63,836 nt of DNA from Lama glama (Eukaryota): the NCBI GenBank assembly GCA_028534125.1, contig CM052816.1, positions 86,740,001-86,803,836 of the forward strand, given 5' to 3'. The notes below the pieces were generated by a model. That model was not told where the DNA came from. It saw only the letters and a program-made list of their open reading frames with translations, and searched no databases. Below, in pieces: positions 35,980-48,539 of this stretch. A program made the position numbers and the translations under genes. The stretch's first letter is position 1. Each line of letters opens with the position of its first letter.

Positions 35980-37855
35980 TATTTTTTTAAGATTTTGTTT
36001 AAGAGGAGTTTTTATGTTCACAGCAAAATTAAGGGGAAGATACTAAAACTTCCTATATAACTTCTGACCTTATACATGCATAGCCTCTTCCATTATCAAC
36101 AACCTCCACCAGAGTGGTACATTAGTTACAATCAATGCATTTAAATAGACATATCATAATCATCCAAAGTCTACAGTTTACATTAAAATTCAGTCTTGCC
36201 ATTGCACATCCCATGGCTCTGGACAAATACATAATGACATGTATTCACCACTAAAGTATCATACAGAGTAGTTTCCCTGTCCTGACAATTCTCTGTTCTA
36301 CCTACTCATTCTTCAAACCTCTCCACAGCAACCACTGATTTTTTACATCTTAGTTTTGCCTTTTCCAGATTGTCATATACTTGAAATAATGTAGTATGTA
36401 GCTTTTATTCAGATGGTTTCTTTTGATATGCATTTAAGGTTCTCTGTTTTGTTCATGGCTTGATAGCACTTTTCTTCTTAAGACCTGAGTAATATTCTAT
36501 TATGTGCATGTATAACAGTTTCTTTATCTATTCATCTAGTGAAAGGCATCTTGATTACTTCCAAATTTGGCAATTATAAAGCTGCTATAAACATCCATGT
36601 TCAGGTTTTGGTGTGGACATAAGTTTTTAACTACTTTGGGTAAATACAAAGGAGCACAATTGCTGGATAATGTGGTAAGAATGTTTTGTTTTGTAGGAAA
36701 CTTTCAAACTGTCTTTCAGAGTGGCTATGTCATTTTGCATTCCCACCTGCAACGAATGAGAGTTCCTGTTGCTCCTCATCCTCACTAGCATTTGGTGATG
36801 TTAGTCTCTCCGATGTTGGGTATTCTAATAGAAATGTAATGGTATTTCATTGTTGTTTTAATTTCCTTTTATGTGATAATAGATCTTTTTATGTGCTTTT
36901 TTGGCATCTGTATATCTTATTTGGTGAAGTATCTGTTAAAGTTTTTGGCCAATTTTGTTGACCAGGTTTGTTTTTTCCTTATTGTTGAATTTTAAGAGTT
37001 CTTTGTATATTTTGGAAAATAGTCCTTTATCACAGTATTTTTTGAAAATGTTTTCTCCCAGTCTGTGGCTTGTCTCTCCATTCTTTTGACATTGTGCAAT
37101 GCAGAGCAGAAATTTTTAATAATAATGAAATCTGGCTTATTAATTATTTCTTTCATGGATCAGGTTATTTGGTGTTGTATCTAAAAAGTCATTCCCATAC
37201 CCAAGGTCATTTAGGATTTCTCCTATGTCACCTTCTAGGAGTGTTATAGTTTTGCATTTAACATATAGATTTGTAATATATTTTGAGTGATTTTTGTGAA
37301 ATGTGTAACACCTGCATCTGGCTTTTTTTTTTTTTTTTTTTTGTATGTGGAGATCTAGTTGTTCCAGAATCATCTGTGGAAAAGATCAGTTTTTTTTTTT
37401 TTGCATGGTATCACTTTTGTTCCTTTGTCAAAGATCAGTTGACTATACTTATGTAGGTCTATTTCTATTCTGTTCCATTCATCTATACATGTATTATTTC
37501 ATTAATACCGGTGTCTTGTGCACTGTAGCTTTATAATAAGCCTTGAACTTAGACAGTGTCAGTCCTTCAACTTTGTTCTTCTCCTTCAGTACTGTTTGGA
37601 CTATTCTGGGTCTTGTGCCCCTCCATATAAAATTTAGAATGTGTCTGTCATTATCACAAAATGAATTACAGGAATTTTGGTTGAGATCACATTGAGTCTA
37701 TAGATCAAGTTGGGAAAAACTGACATCCTGACAATAAGAAATTTTCCTCCTCATAAAAATGGAATAGCTCCCTATTTATTTAGTTATTTGATTTTGTTTC
37801 ATCAGACTTTTGTAATTGTCCTCATGTGGATCTTGTATATACTTTGTTAGATTAT
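35980..37855 (-). mobile_element. L1MC1-like element (3' UTR plus ORF2 C-terminal part)
   Basis: gttcacagcaaaatt...ccaccagagtggtacatt...atcatccaaagtc matches the recalled L1MC1 3' end; continuous reverse L1 ORF2 text follows. Confidence 0.88.
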
Positions 37856-37894
37856 GACTACTATCATAACAAGTTATTTTAAAACACTTGTATT

Positions 37895-38257
37895 CTATAT
37901 CAGTAAATCAAACCAAATATGGAATTGATATGAACAGATTTTATTTGAAAAGACTATTTTAATATGAAAAATGCTTCAACCAAAAGATCTGCAAGCTTTT
38001 TAAAGATCAGGAATAAAAGGACTTTTCTATTATAGGGAGAATAAAACAAGTCTAGAAGGAAACAAGATCAGGAATTTGGACAAAAAAGTGTTTTCCTGAG
38101 GTCTGTTGATACTTGGTAGGAGCAGCTCTGCCTTCCAATCCTGCCTGGGGCTGAGAATGGGCCACTGTTCAGAATCCTTTGGGTCCTTATCTACAGAATA
38201 TAAGTAAATGTGAGGCAAAGAGAAATCCTGAAGGCCAATCATTCAGTATATCATAGA
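37895..38257 (-). mobile_element. Old ERV1 LTR fragment (MER34/MER67-like)
   Basis: cagattttatttgaaaagactatt...agatctgcaagc...cttttctattatagggaga is the reverse of this LTR family's 3' half. Confidence 0.55.
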
Positions 38258-38724
38258 TGTATTAGTCAAGATTCTGCAGAGAAATATAACCAACAGGATA
38301 TACGTGTGTGTGTGCATGTGTGTGTGTGTGTACACATATATATATATATACAACATTATGTATTATTTATTTATTTGTTTAAATTTTTTTTCAATTTAAG
38401 AAATTAGCTCATGTGATTATGGAGGTGAGCAAGTTCAAAATCTGCAGGAGGGAAAACCAGGGAAGAACGGATGTTGGAGTCCAAGGCTCAAGACCATCTG
38501 ATACCAGGTTTCTCTCCTGCTCAGTCTTTTATTCCCTTCAGGCCTTTAGTTGATTAGATGAGGCCCACTTACATCATGGAGAGCAATCTGCTTTAATCAA
38601 AATCCATAATCTCCATGTTAATCTCACCCAAAAACACCCTCAAGGAAACATCCAGCATGATGTTAGACCACATATCTGGGTAGCAGGGCCCAGCCAAGTC
38701 TGACACAAAATATCAGCCATCAAA
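38258..38724 (-). mobile_element. MLT2-family solo LTR
   Basis: tgtattagtcaagattctgcagaga; gattagatgaggcccac; tgacacaaaatatcagccatca. Confidence 0.9.
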
Positions 38725-38768
38725 ATGAATACGAAGATTTTTTTTTTGCCAGTCTCTCTTCTTAAATG

Positions 38769-38950
38769 CAGTGTGACATACAGTAATGTGCATGAGGTTA
38801 TCTGAGATATTAATTATACAGCCAGAGTTGTAGACGCCTCTGTTTAGTATTCCAATTCATTAAACATCAGAACATGAATTCACAGTTTTAGCAGTCTCCT
38901 AGGAGGGATCCAGGTACAGGTGGTCATGTACCTTCTTTTGAGAAACACTG
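38769..38950. mobile_element. MER5-like hAT-Charlie MITE
   Basis: cagtg start and tttgagaaacactg end, about 180 bp. Confidence 0.55.
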
Positions 38951-39376
38951 TTAGTGATTTTCTTCTGATATTCAGTGTTTAATTAATGCTTTATGAAGTC
39001 ATGGAAATTTTAAGCACCTGCAATTGTTCATCATGGTCATGTTTAATAGTCTGGAAATAACATGTTATCATCTATAATATTCTTTGAATCCATTAGTTTC
39101 TTTGACTTTTTTTGTCACTAATTTAGTAGGCTCATTATGCTAACATTGTTTACCACTCTTAGTAATAAGACTAGTTAAATGTGAACTCTAAATATCACCT
39201 CCTGTAGATATTCTTTTAGCTGCCTTATTTACTTGGTGTTTAGTTAAGGTTGTTAGTGAATCAGCTGAATGATGATACCAAAAGTTTCTAGCAATTTGCT
39301 TACTAGAACACATAAGTCTGTTTTAAAAATTATATGCATAAAATTGTCTACTCAATTCAAAGTAAGTATAAAAATA

Positions 39377-39449
39377 ATAAATATATTTATATTAATTAGA
39401 ACAATATAAACATAAATATATTTATATTAATTAGAACAATATAAACATA
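39377..39449. repeat. Perfect 35-bp tandem duplication
   Basis: ataaatatatttatattaattagaacaatataaac twice. Confidence 0.92.
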
Positions 39450-39996
39450 CTTATATGAATTAAAATATTCAGTTAATATAAATTAAATTTATACTGATTT
39501 AAAACTTTAGTGGCTTGAATTTTCATACAGTTATAAAGGTAGTCATTTTTTATATTAGATAAAATAATTTAATTACCAACACATGCACATTTAAGAAAAA
39601 TGACCTATGATAAACATGCTAATATAATTATTTGTTATTTGGTAAAATTCCTAAGCCTTAAAGTTTTTTGTGGTTATACAAAATAATGATAATCCCATTT
39701 TCAGTAAAATTGGCATTTATAATATTGGATGCCATACAACAATTGAGAAATGCCTTCAAATTTTGAGCAAAAAATGTTTGTCAAGTATCAAAACAATATC
39801 ATACATTTTCTTGTACCTGTGCATGAGGACAGGTAAACAACACTTCTGTATACTTTTTACAAAGAAATTAATAAAAAATGAATTCCAGAAAAAGAAAACC
39901 AGTAGAAAATATCTATATTATATGTTAACAGTTTTTGTTTTAGTTTTGCAGATGCTTGTATCAACTACCAAATATGACAATTTTACTTCTTGTTTC

Positions 39997-40511
39997 TTTA
40001 GTGGATTGATTACAAAATGTCCCTATTTCTGAGCCCACTCTGTTTCTATATCTTTAAAGATATTACTTTGCAGCTTCTCTCATAGTGAGATTGAGTTTAA
40101 TTTTCATTCCAATTTCTGCACTGGCCTTATGGTTTGCTTTTGCCAGTAGCATGACGTAGAAATACACTGTACCACTTCCAAGTATAAGCCTCGAAGAGCT
40201 TGGCATGCTTCTTCTCACTCTCTTGGAAACCTGCTGCTGCTACGGGGAAAGGTTTTAGCTAATGTGCTGGATCCTGAGAAATACATTGTCTGATCACTCC
40301 AGTTAAACCAGAAGACAGACAGCTAACTGCCCGATATGTATCAAAGGCCTTCCTAGAACAGCCAATCTCCAGCCAGACCTACAGCTAACCACCGAAGTAT
40401 AATGAATCCAACTGACATCAGCCAAACAGTTCTTGCTCAAGTGTTCTGTGGGCTTATAAAAATTAAGAAATACTTCTTATTTATTGCTACTATGGAATAA
40501 GTAACAGAAAC
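39997..40511 (+). mobile_element. MaLR LTR (MLT1H-like)
   Basis: tagtggattgattacaaaatg; ctggccttatggtttgcttttgccagtagcatg; end taacagaaaca. Confidence 0.75.
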
Positions 40512-40599
40512 ACCTTCTTATATATATGATAATATGACATATGATATCTATATAATTAAAAAATTAACATAATTTTTTGTGTTTTATGGAATTTTTGTA

Positions 40600-41200
40600 T
40601 GTTATTTTAAGTAATTAAGGTAATAAGTTTCTATGCTAGTCAGACAAGTAATTTTAAGCATATAGTGTTTTAGATTTATCATCCTTTATCTATTGAAAAA
40701 TATCAAATAGTTTTTTCATTAATTTATTAATGTCTTGCTTTATATTTACAGATCTTTTGATTATAGGCCATCTTTACATTCTTGAAATACAGAGGAAAGT
40801 TCATTTTGTCTATTTAAAAAAATAAACTGGTTTCAATTATATAATGCTTAACTTAGAATGTGTCTTTCATCATAATTTACAAGTGAAATAGAAATACATA
40901 TATCCTTTTTTGTATTGTCTTCTAGAATTTAAAAAATCAACAGTATCTAAATGCAAAGAAAAAGCTGGACATGGTCTGTCCTATTTTTTTTAAACAATCC
41001 TCTAAGAAATTAACTGTTTCTTGGCATTTAGGTAGTAGATAACTACAATAACATCCTGCAAATAGTTTCGTATTAGGAAAACTTTTTTTTTTATTTTTGA
41101 GTTCTTTCCCATGAAAAACTTAATTTTTCTCTATTTTTATATTTTGTCTAATTTACTGATTTCTGCTTTCTATTGCTCCTGATTTTATCATATTGACAAA
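40600..41200 (-). mobile_element. Highly decayed L1 ORF2 fragment
   Basis: T-rich text such as ggccatctttacattcttgaaat resembling reverse L1 ORF2. Confidence 0.4.
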
Positions 41201-41349
41201 AAATCTTTATCAGTTGTCATTATGTAGCTGATTCTAATATTTATTTGGCTAAGGACAAAATAGGAAACACACACTTGATGAATGAGAACCAGGTGGAAAG
41301 ATTTACTCTACCAGGTGCCAAGAATTATTTTAAAGAATATAAGGTATTC

Positions 41350-42465
41350 ATTTCACTTTCAGAATAGCAACCTGAAGAGTTCTTTGTACCCATTCTCCAG
41401 CAAAACAACTACAATTGAAAGTTATTTGTAAAATTACCATTTGCCCAAGGGTATACTATAAGTTAAGAAACATGTATTTAAGAAAATCTACCAAATCTTA
41501 CAGATACAAAGAAGAGCAGAGAACATCATTAGCACTTGAGCCACCATTCAATTCTCCTTGTTCCACCTGCTCCCCACCAGCACCATGTGACAGACGCTCC
41601 ACTTGAACAAATATGGCTAAGACAATTGGGCCCTATCTTACTTCAGTTCCTTGTCAGGCAATACAGTATCTCACCAGAAGGGGCAGGCCACAAACATTTC
41701 TCATCCTCCCAATCTGAGTTACAGAGTATAACCCAGAAATTGTGGCTATGAAATCAGGGGCTCCCTTCTTCCAGCCATCTCCCACTCATACGATAGAGTC
41801 TCTTTTCCAGGCACACCCAAGAATAATGGAACCCAGATTACCCTCATCTAGCTTGCTCACATCGTGTAGATTCCATACTAGGAGAGTCAGGCTGAGAAAA
41901 CTTGGTGTTACTATTCCAGTCCTGCCCCTACTCTTACAGAAGGGAGTCATTCTAAGAGAAAAAAGTTAGGTAATAGTTCCCACTTCTAGCTCAGAAACAG
42001 TGACTCAGTGATTTTCAGCCAGAGGGCAGAAAGTTCATAAGAACAAGGAACTCCAAAGCTCTTCCTAAAGGAACTCATTTTATTTGAGACGAACTGTGGG
42101 GAAGTTCAAGCCTAAGGCTGTTCTCACATACAATGAAGATTTTAAATGGGAAACAATTAAGAAGAAGCTGATAGCTCGTCTTAATGAACCATGAAAAGTG
42201 ACAGCTATGAAGAACCATAATGGAGTCAGAATAAACAACATGAATTGCCTCTAAAAAGTACTCCAGCAAAGAAGGTCATATTTGATCATGTATAATCATA
42301 GAAGCATTTATGTAGCTTCATCTCCAAGGATCTCAGGGCATTGTAGTGTTACCTCCAAGTATCCCAATAGTCCTAGCCACTACTGTCACCCACAGGACCT
42401 CCAGAGTCTTGGCTACTGAGTATCTTTGCAGTCTGTGATAAGTGCTGACTGCAGCTCATGGAGTT
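41350..42465 (+). mobile_element. Old L1 5' UTR fragments (L1MC/MD- and L1M3-like)
   Basis: cacttt cagaatagcaa start, aagaaacatgtatttaagaaaatctac; GC-richer UTR-like text. Confidence 0.55.
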
Positions 42466-42777
42466 AAAAATTAGAAATGCCAAAATTCACCATCAACAGT
42501 AAAGTACATACATAAGTTATTTTGCAAATAGTATGCATTAATCTACCGATTATATATTAAATGTAAAAGATCCAAGCATTAAGTGATACACATGGTTTGG
42601 TTCCATGTGTTTAAAATGAACAAATAAGTGATGTTTGGAAGAGGAAAGGGAGAATCGTCTGGGGATGGTAAAGGGGAGTTTTGAGATTGGTAGTGATGCT
42701 CTGTCTCTTGGCTTTGGTAATGATTACATGAGTGAGTTCACTTTTGAACCATTTATTAAGCTATATTTATGATTTTT

Positions 42778-43196
42778 TAATTGCAGCATAGTTGATTTAC
42801 AGTGTTGTGTTTGTTAGTTTCTGGTATACAGCAAAGTGATTAACAGACTCTGAAAAAGAATATGTATGTATATTTTATATATATATTTATATATATATGT
42901 ACAATTTTCCATTGTAACTTATTACAAGATACTGAATAGTTCCCATGCTATACAGTAGGACCTTGCTGTTCATCTTTTTTTATATATAGTAGTTTGTATC
43001 TACTAATCCCAAACTCTTAGTTTATCACTCCCCCATGCAACGCTTTCCCCTTGGGTAACCATAAGTTTTTCTTCTATGTCTGCGAGTCTGTTTCTGTTTT
43101 GTAAATGAGTTCATTTGTATCATTTTTATAGATTCCACATGAAAGTGATATCATATATTTGTCTTTCTCTGTCAGAATGGCCATCATCAAAAAGTC
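42778..43196 (-). mobile_element. Short L1 3' end with 5' inversion, inserted in an L1ME-like 3' fragment (~42620-43240)
   Basis: 12-bp TSD tttatgattttt (42766-42777 and 43197-43208); last 28 bp are plus-strand L1. Confidence 0.88.
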
Positions 43197-43405
43197 TTTA
43201 TGATTTTTGAAGATTTCTTTATGTGTTATAATTCAATAAATATACCATTTTACTTTTCAGCTAAAAACATCTCCTAGGTGATGTAAAATAAAACCCAAAT
43301 CCAAACCTGGGCAAACAAAGTCATATTTGGTTGGATACTCATCTCTCTAAAATAATCTCATTCACATTCTGTTTCCGCAGCACTGAACTTCCTGTTCCTC
43401 ACACT

Positions 43406-43544
43406 TAAGGAGAACATGTAATTCATGGTCTACCAGGAAGTATTTGCACTTTGAAAATGAAATGGAAATCTATTAGTACTTACACTGAGACAACAGGAAT
43501 AAATGACAGTTTCCCCTGGTAAACTGAAGTGAATGGTGACCCTA
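43406..43544. mobile_element. MER94-like hAT-Blackjack MITE
   Basis: Degenerate terminal inverted repeats taaggagaacat / atggtgacccta; internal gacaacaggaataaa. Confidence 0.7.
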
Positions 43545-43651
43545 CTTGAACACACCAACTGTGCCTTTGCTTTAGAAGCTCTGATGTCTACTTAGAATGC
43601 TCTTCTGTCAAGTCTTCTGGCTCCATTCCTGTTGTATTTCAGCTTACAGAT

Positions 43652-44116
43652 TGTTATCAGTTTAATTGTGCCTCTCCTCAAAAGGCCCTAACCCCAGTAC
43701 CTTGAAATGTGACCTCATTTGGAATTAAGATCATTGTAGATGTACTAGTTAAATTCAGAGTCAATCAGACTGGGGTAAGATGGCCACTTTATGGTGTGCT
43801 ACAGGTGTGCTTATAAGAAGACAATGTGAAGACACAGGAGAAAAATACTATGTGAAGAGACAGACACAGAGAGAATACCATGTGATTACCAACACAGAGA
43901 TTGGAGTGATGCAGCTTCAAGTCTAGGATTGATGGCACCACTAGAAGCTAGAAAGAGGCAAGGGAGAATTTTACTTAGAGTCACGGAAGAAACAAAACCC
44001 TGTTGACATCTTGATTTTCAACTTCTAGCTTCCAGAACTGTGAGACAATACATTTCTGTTGTTTTAAGCCACTAGTTTATAATACTTTGTTATAGCAGTC
44101 CTTGGAAATTCACATA
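43652..44116 (+). mobile_element. MaLR LTR (MLT1C-like)
   Basis: cagagattggagtgatgcagc; agaagctagaaagaggcaagg; ccagaactgtgagacaata. Confidence 0.9.
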
Positions 44117-44303
44117 CTGTTTGTAGGTTAGTTTAGCAGAGAGGTCTCTTTTGGCCAATCCAACAAAAATAGATACTCCACAACATACCTTGTCACTTGA
44201 AATCATCTTAAACACTATAAAAATGTTTTCTCATCTATTACTAACAGATATAGAGTATCTATTTATTTCATTTTTCAATACAACATCAAAAAACAAACAA
44301 CTC

Positions 44304-45089
44304 TGATTTGCATTTCTCTGATAATTACTGATATTGAGCATTTTTTCATGTGCCTATTGATCATTTGTATTTCTTCCTTGGGGAATTGCTTGTTTAGGTC
44401 TTCTGCCCATTTTTGGATTGGGTTGTTTGTTTTTTTCTTATTAAATCATGTGAGCTGCTTATATATTCTGGAGATCAAGCCTTTGTCGGTTTCATTTGTA
44501 AAAATTTTCTCCCATTCCGTAAGTTGTGGTTTTGTTTTACTTATGGTTTCCTTTGCTGTGCAGAAGCTTGTAATTTTCATTAGGTCCCATTTGTTTATTC
44601 TTGCACCTCACATCAGTCAGAAAGGCCATCATTCAAAAGTCCACAAATGACAAATGCTGGAGAGGCTGTGGAGAAAAGGGAACCCTCTTACACTGCTGGT
44701 GGGAATGCAGTTTGGTGCAGCCACTGTGGAAAACAGTATGGAGATTCCTCAAAAGACTAGGAATAGACTTACCATATGACCCAGGAATCCAGCTCCTGGG
44801 CATATTTCCAGAAGAAACTCTACTTCAAAAAGACACCTGCACCCTCAATGTTCATAGCAGCACTATTTACAATAGCCAAGACATGGAAACAGCCTAAATG
44901 TCTATCAACAGATGACTGGATAAAGCAGCTGTGGTATATTTATACAATGGAATACAATTCAGCCATAAAAACCGACAACATAACGCCATTTGCAGCAACA
45001 TGTATGTTAGTGGAGAATGTCATTCTAAGTGAAGTAAGCCAGAAAGAGAAAGAAAAATACCATATGAGATTGCTCATATGTGGAATCTA

Positions 45090-45121
<32 letters not shown>

Positions 45122-45435
45122 CATAAATACAAAACTGAAACAGACCCATAGACATAGAATAAAAACTTGTGGTTGCCAAGGGAGCAGGGGGTGGGAAGGG
45201 ACAGACTGGGATTTCAAAATGTAGAATAGATAAACAAGATTATACTGTATAGCACAGGGAAATACAGACAAGATCTTGTGGTAGCTCACAGGAAAAAAAA
45301 TGTGACAATGAATATATGTATGTTCATGTATAACTGAAAAATTGTGCTCTACACTGGAATTTGACACAACATTGTAAAATGACTATAACTCAATAAAAAA
45401 TGTTTATACATATATAAAAAAACAAAACAAACAAA
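44304..45435 (+). mobile_element. Young L1 with 5' inversion (44304-44601 inverted)
   Basis: Plus-strand ORF2 C-terminus ([19 protein letters not shown]) from ~44604; inverted upstream block; A-rich tail. Confidence 0.9.
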
Positions 45436-46011
45436 AAAAACCCCAACTTGATTAAAAATGGGTAGAGGACCTGAAATAACATTCTCCCATAAAAGACATA
45501 CAGATGGCCAACAGACAGATGGAGAGATGTTCACTATGACTAATCATCAGGCAAATGCAAATCAAAACCACTGAGATGTTGCCTCACACCTGTCAGATGG
45601 CTGTCATCAAAAAGACAACAAATAACAATGGTTAGTGGAGAAAAGGAACCCTTATGCACTGTTGATGGGATTGTAAATTGGTACAGTCACTATGGAAAAC
45701 AGTATGGAGAGTATGGAGATTCCTCAAAAAATTAAAAATAGAGCTACCATATGACCTATCAATTTCACTTCTAGTTATTTACCTGAAGAAAACAAAAACG
45801 CTAATTTGAAAAAAAATATATGCACCAATGTTTATTGCAGCAATATTTATAACAGTCAAGATATGGAAACAACCTAAGTGTCCTTTGATAGATGAATGGA
45901 CAATGACAAAGTGGTGTGTGTATATATATGTGTGTGTGTGTGTATACACAGGCAAAGAAAGACAAATACCATATGATCTCATTTGGAATATTAAAAAAAC
46001 AAACAAAATTA

Positions 46012-47486
46012 CTGCTCAGGGTCTTTTGTGTTTCCATACAAATTTTAAATTTTTTGTTCTGCCTCTGAAAAACATGCCATTGAAACACAAAAGAACTCAT
46101 AAGCCAAAACAATCTTGAAGAAGAAGAACGGAGCTGGAGGAATCAGTCTCTGACTCCCGAATATACCACAAAGCTACAGTAATCAAAACAGTATTGTACT
46201 GGCACAAAAGCAGACACAAGATCAATGGAACAGGATAGAAAGACCAGAAATAAACACACACACTTAAGGTCAATTAATCTATGATAACAAAGGTAAGACC
46301 AGACAATGGAAGAAAGACCATTTCTTCAATAAGCGGTGCTGGGAAAACTGGACAGCTATATGTAAAAGAATGAAATTAGAACATATTCTCATACCATATA
46401 CAAAAATAAATTCAAAATGGATTAAAGACCTAAATGTAAGACTGGATACTCTAAAACTCCTAGAGGAAAACATAGACAGAACATTCTTTGACATTATTTG
46501 CAGCAATTTTTTTTTTTGATCTGCTTCCTAAAATTAGGAAAATGGAAGCCAGAATAAGCAAATGGGACCTAATTAAACTTGGAGGCTTTTGTACAGTAAG
46601 GGAAGCCATGGACAAAAGGAAAAGACAACCTTTGGAATGGGAGAGGATATTTGTAGATGATGAGACCAACAGGAGTTGATTTCTAGGATAAGCAAACAGC
46701 TCATACAGCTTAATATCAAAAGGGCAAGCAACCCAATCTAAAAAAAATGGACAGAAGACCTAAATAGACATTTCTCCAAGGAAGACATACAGATGGTCAA
46801 TTGGCACATGAAAGGATGCTCAATAGTGCTAGTTATTAGAGAAATGCAAATCAAAGCTGCAATAAGGTATCACCTCTGTGGTCAGAATGGCCATCTTGAG
46901 AGTCTACAGATAACAAATGCTGGAGAGGGTGTGGAGAAAAGTGAACCCTTGTACACGGTTGGTGGGAATGTGGACTGGTGCAGCTACTATGGAAAACAGT
47001 ATGGAGGTTCCTTAAAAAACTAAAAACTGGGGTTACCATATGATCCAGCAACCAACTCCAAGGCATATATCTGGAGAAAACTCTAACTCAAAAAGATGCA
47101 GGCACCCCAGTGTTCACAGCAGCACTGTTTGCAGTAGCCAAGACATGAGGGCAGCATAAATATCTATTGATAGATGCCTGGATAAAGAAGATATGGTGTG
47201 TGTATATATAAATATATGAATAAATACTTAGATATATAGATAAATTGGGAGTTTGGGATTGACATATACACACTACTGTATGTGGAGTAGATGGCCAACA
47301 AGGACCTACTGGAGGAAACTGTATTCACTATCTTGTTGTAACCTATAGAGGAGAAAAATCTGAAAAAGAATATACATCTATATGTATATACATATGTAAA
47401 TGCATAACTGAATCACTTTGCTCTACACCTAGCACTAGCATAGCATTGTAGATCAACTTTACATCAATAAAAGTAATTTAAAAAAA
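46012..47486 (+). mobile_element. L1 with short 5' inversion (~46012-46082 inverted)
   Basis: gggtcttttgtgtttccatac is the reverse complement of text that restarts at 46082 gaaacacaaaag; ORF2 C-terminus and 3' UTR follow. Confidence 0.85.
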
Positions 47487-47769
47487 TGAAAATAGAATCA
47501 GATACAGAGAATAAATGGGCGATAATCAGAGGGTGGGTGAAATAGATGAGGGGCATTAAGAGGTACAGACCTGCAGTTACCTAATAAATAAGTCACAGGG
47601 ATGTAATATACAGCATAAAGAATATGGTCAATAATATTGTAGTAACATTTTATGAGGACTTACAGTGGTGACCATTTCATAATGTAAGCAAATACATCAT
47701 TATGTAGTATACCTGACACTGGTATAATAGTGTACGTCGACTATATTTCAATAAAACAAATAAAGACAC

Positions 47770-48480
47770 AAATTTCCCTCTGAATGCTAACTTAGCTGAA
47801 TACCTACAATTTTGATATGTTATTTTTATAATTCCGTTTGAAATATTTTCTGATCTCCAGTTTGACTTAGTCTTTGAAATATACATCATTTAGCAGTATG
47901 TTGTTCAATTTATGGAGTACTTTTTAAAACTTTTATTGTATTGTTCTTACTTCTAAGGTAAATCTGTTTGCAAGGTTTGTCTATAATACGGTGTTAAGGA
48001 GATGTACCTACTCTGGCAATACTCTAATCCAGCACTGCTCATCTCCTAGTACCTCTGTTCGGCACTCAACTCCCTGGAATTTTTTGGATAGTCTAGTTCT
48101 GTGCCTGTTCAGTTTGGTTATCAGCTGTAGAGTTGTAGAAGACTTCCACGGGGACTTCTAGAACAGCCTCAGTGCATGATCCCTCACTTCTAGTTGCTGC
48201 ACTCTGCGGATTCTAGCTGCTTCAGCTGGCACAAATTCCTTCTCCTTAGTACAGGAGGCCCACCATGCTCTTATACGAATCACTTGCTGCACTATGGCTG
48301 CATGAATATGAAAGCCAGGGCAATTGTGGGGCTCCCCCCTTCCCCACGGATTTTCCTGTCTCAAAGGGATAACAGATTATTGATGTATGAGTCCTGAGAA
48401 GTGTTTTCAAATATAATTTGCCTAATTTTGCATGTTACTCTCACAAGAAGGCTATTGAGGTACCAGTTACTGTATCATAA
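47770..48480 (-). mobile_element. Old L1 fragments (ORF2 endonuclease region and L1M4/L1MC-like 5' end)
   Basis: aaatttccctctgaatgc...; gaaagccagggcaattgtggggctc...ccagttactgtatcat. Confidence 0.6.
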
Positions 48481-48539
48481 ATGATAAAATAAAAATAAAT
48501 TCTACATATTGAAATGTATGGATGAGGTAAAAACAATGG

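Larger units (their letters stand above)
43340..44200 (+). mobile_element. L2 fragment hosting MER94-like and MLT1C-like inserts
   Basis: gcactgaacttcctgttcctc...gaacacacca...tagaatgctcttc...cagagaggtctctttt. Confidence 0.55.
44278..47763 (+). mobile_element. Older L1 3' portion interrupted by two younger L1s
   Basis: 44278-44303, ~45435-46010 and ~47487-47763 read as consecutive L1 ORF2-end/3' UTR pieces ending caataaaacaaataaa. Confidence 0.75.

Noticed and set aside
16189..38724. MLT2 LTRs at 16189 and 38258 as the two ends of one large provirus
   Set aside because: They are in opposite orientations, 22 kb apart, with unrelated intervening sequence.
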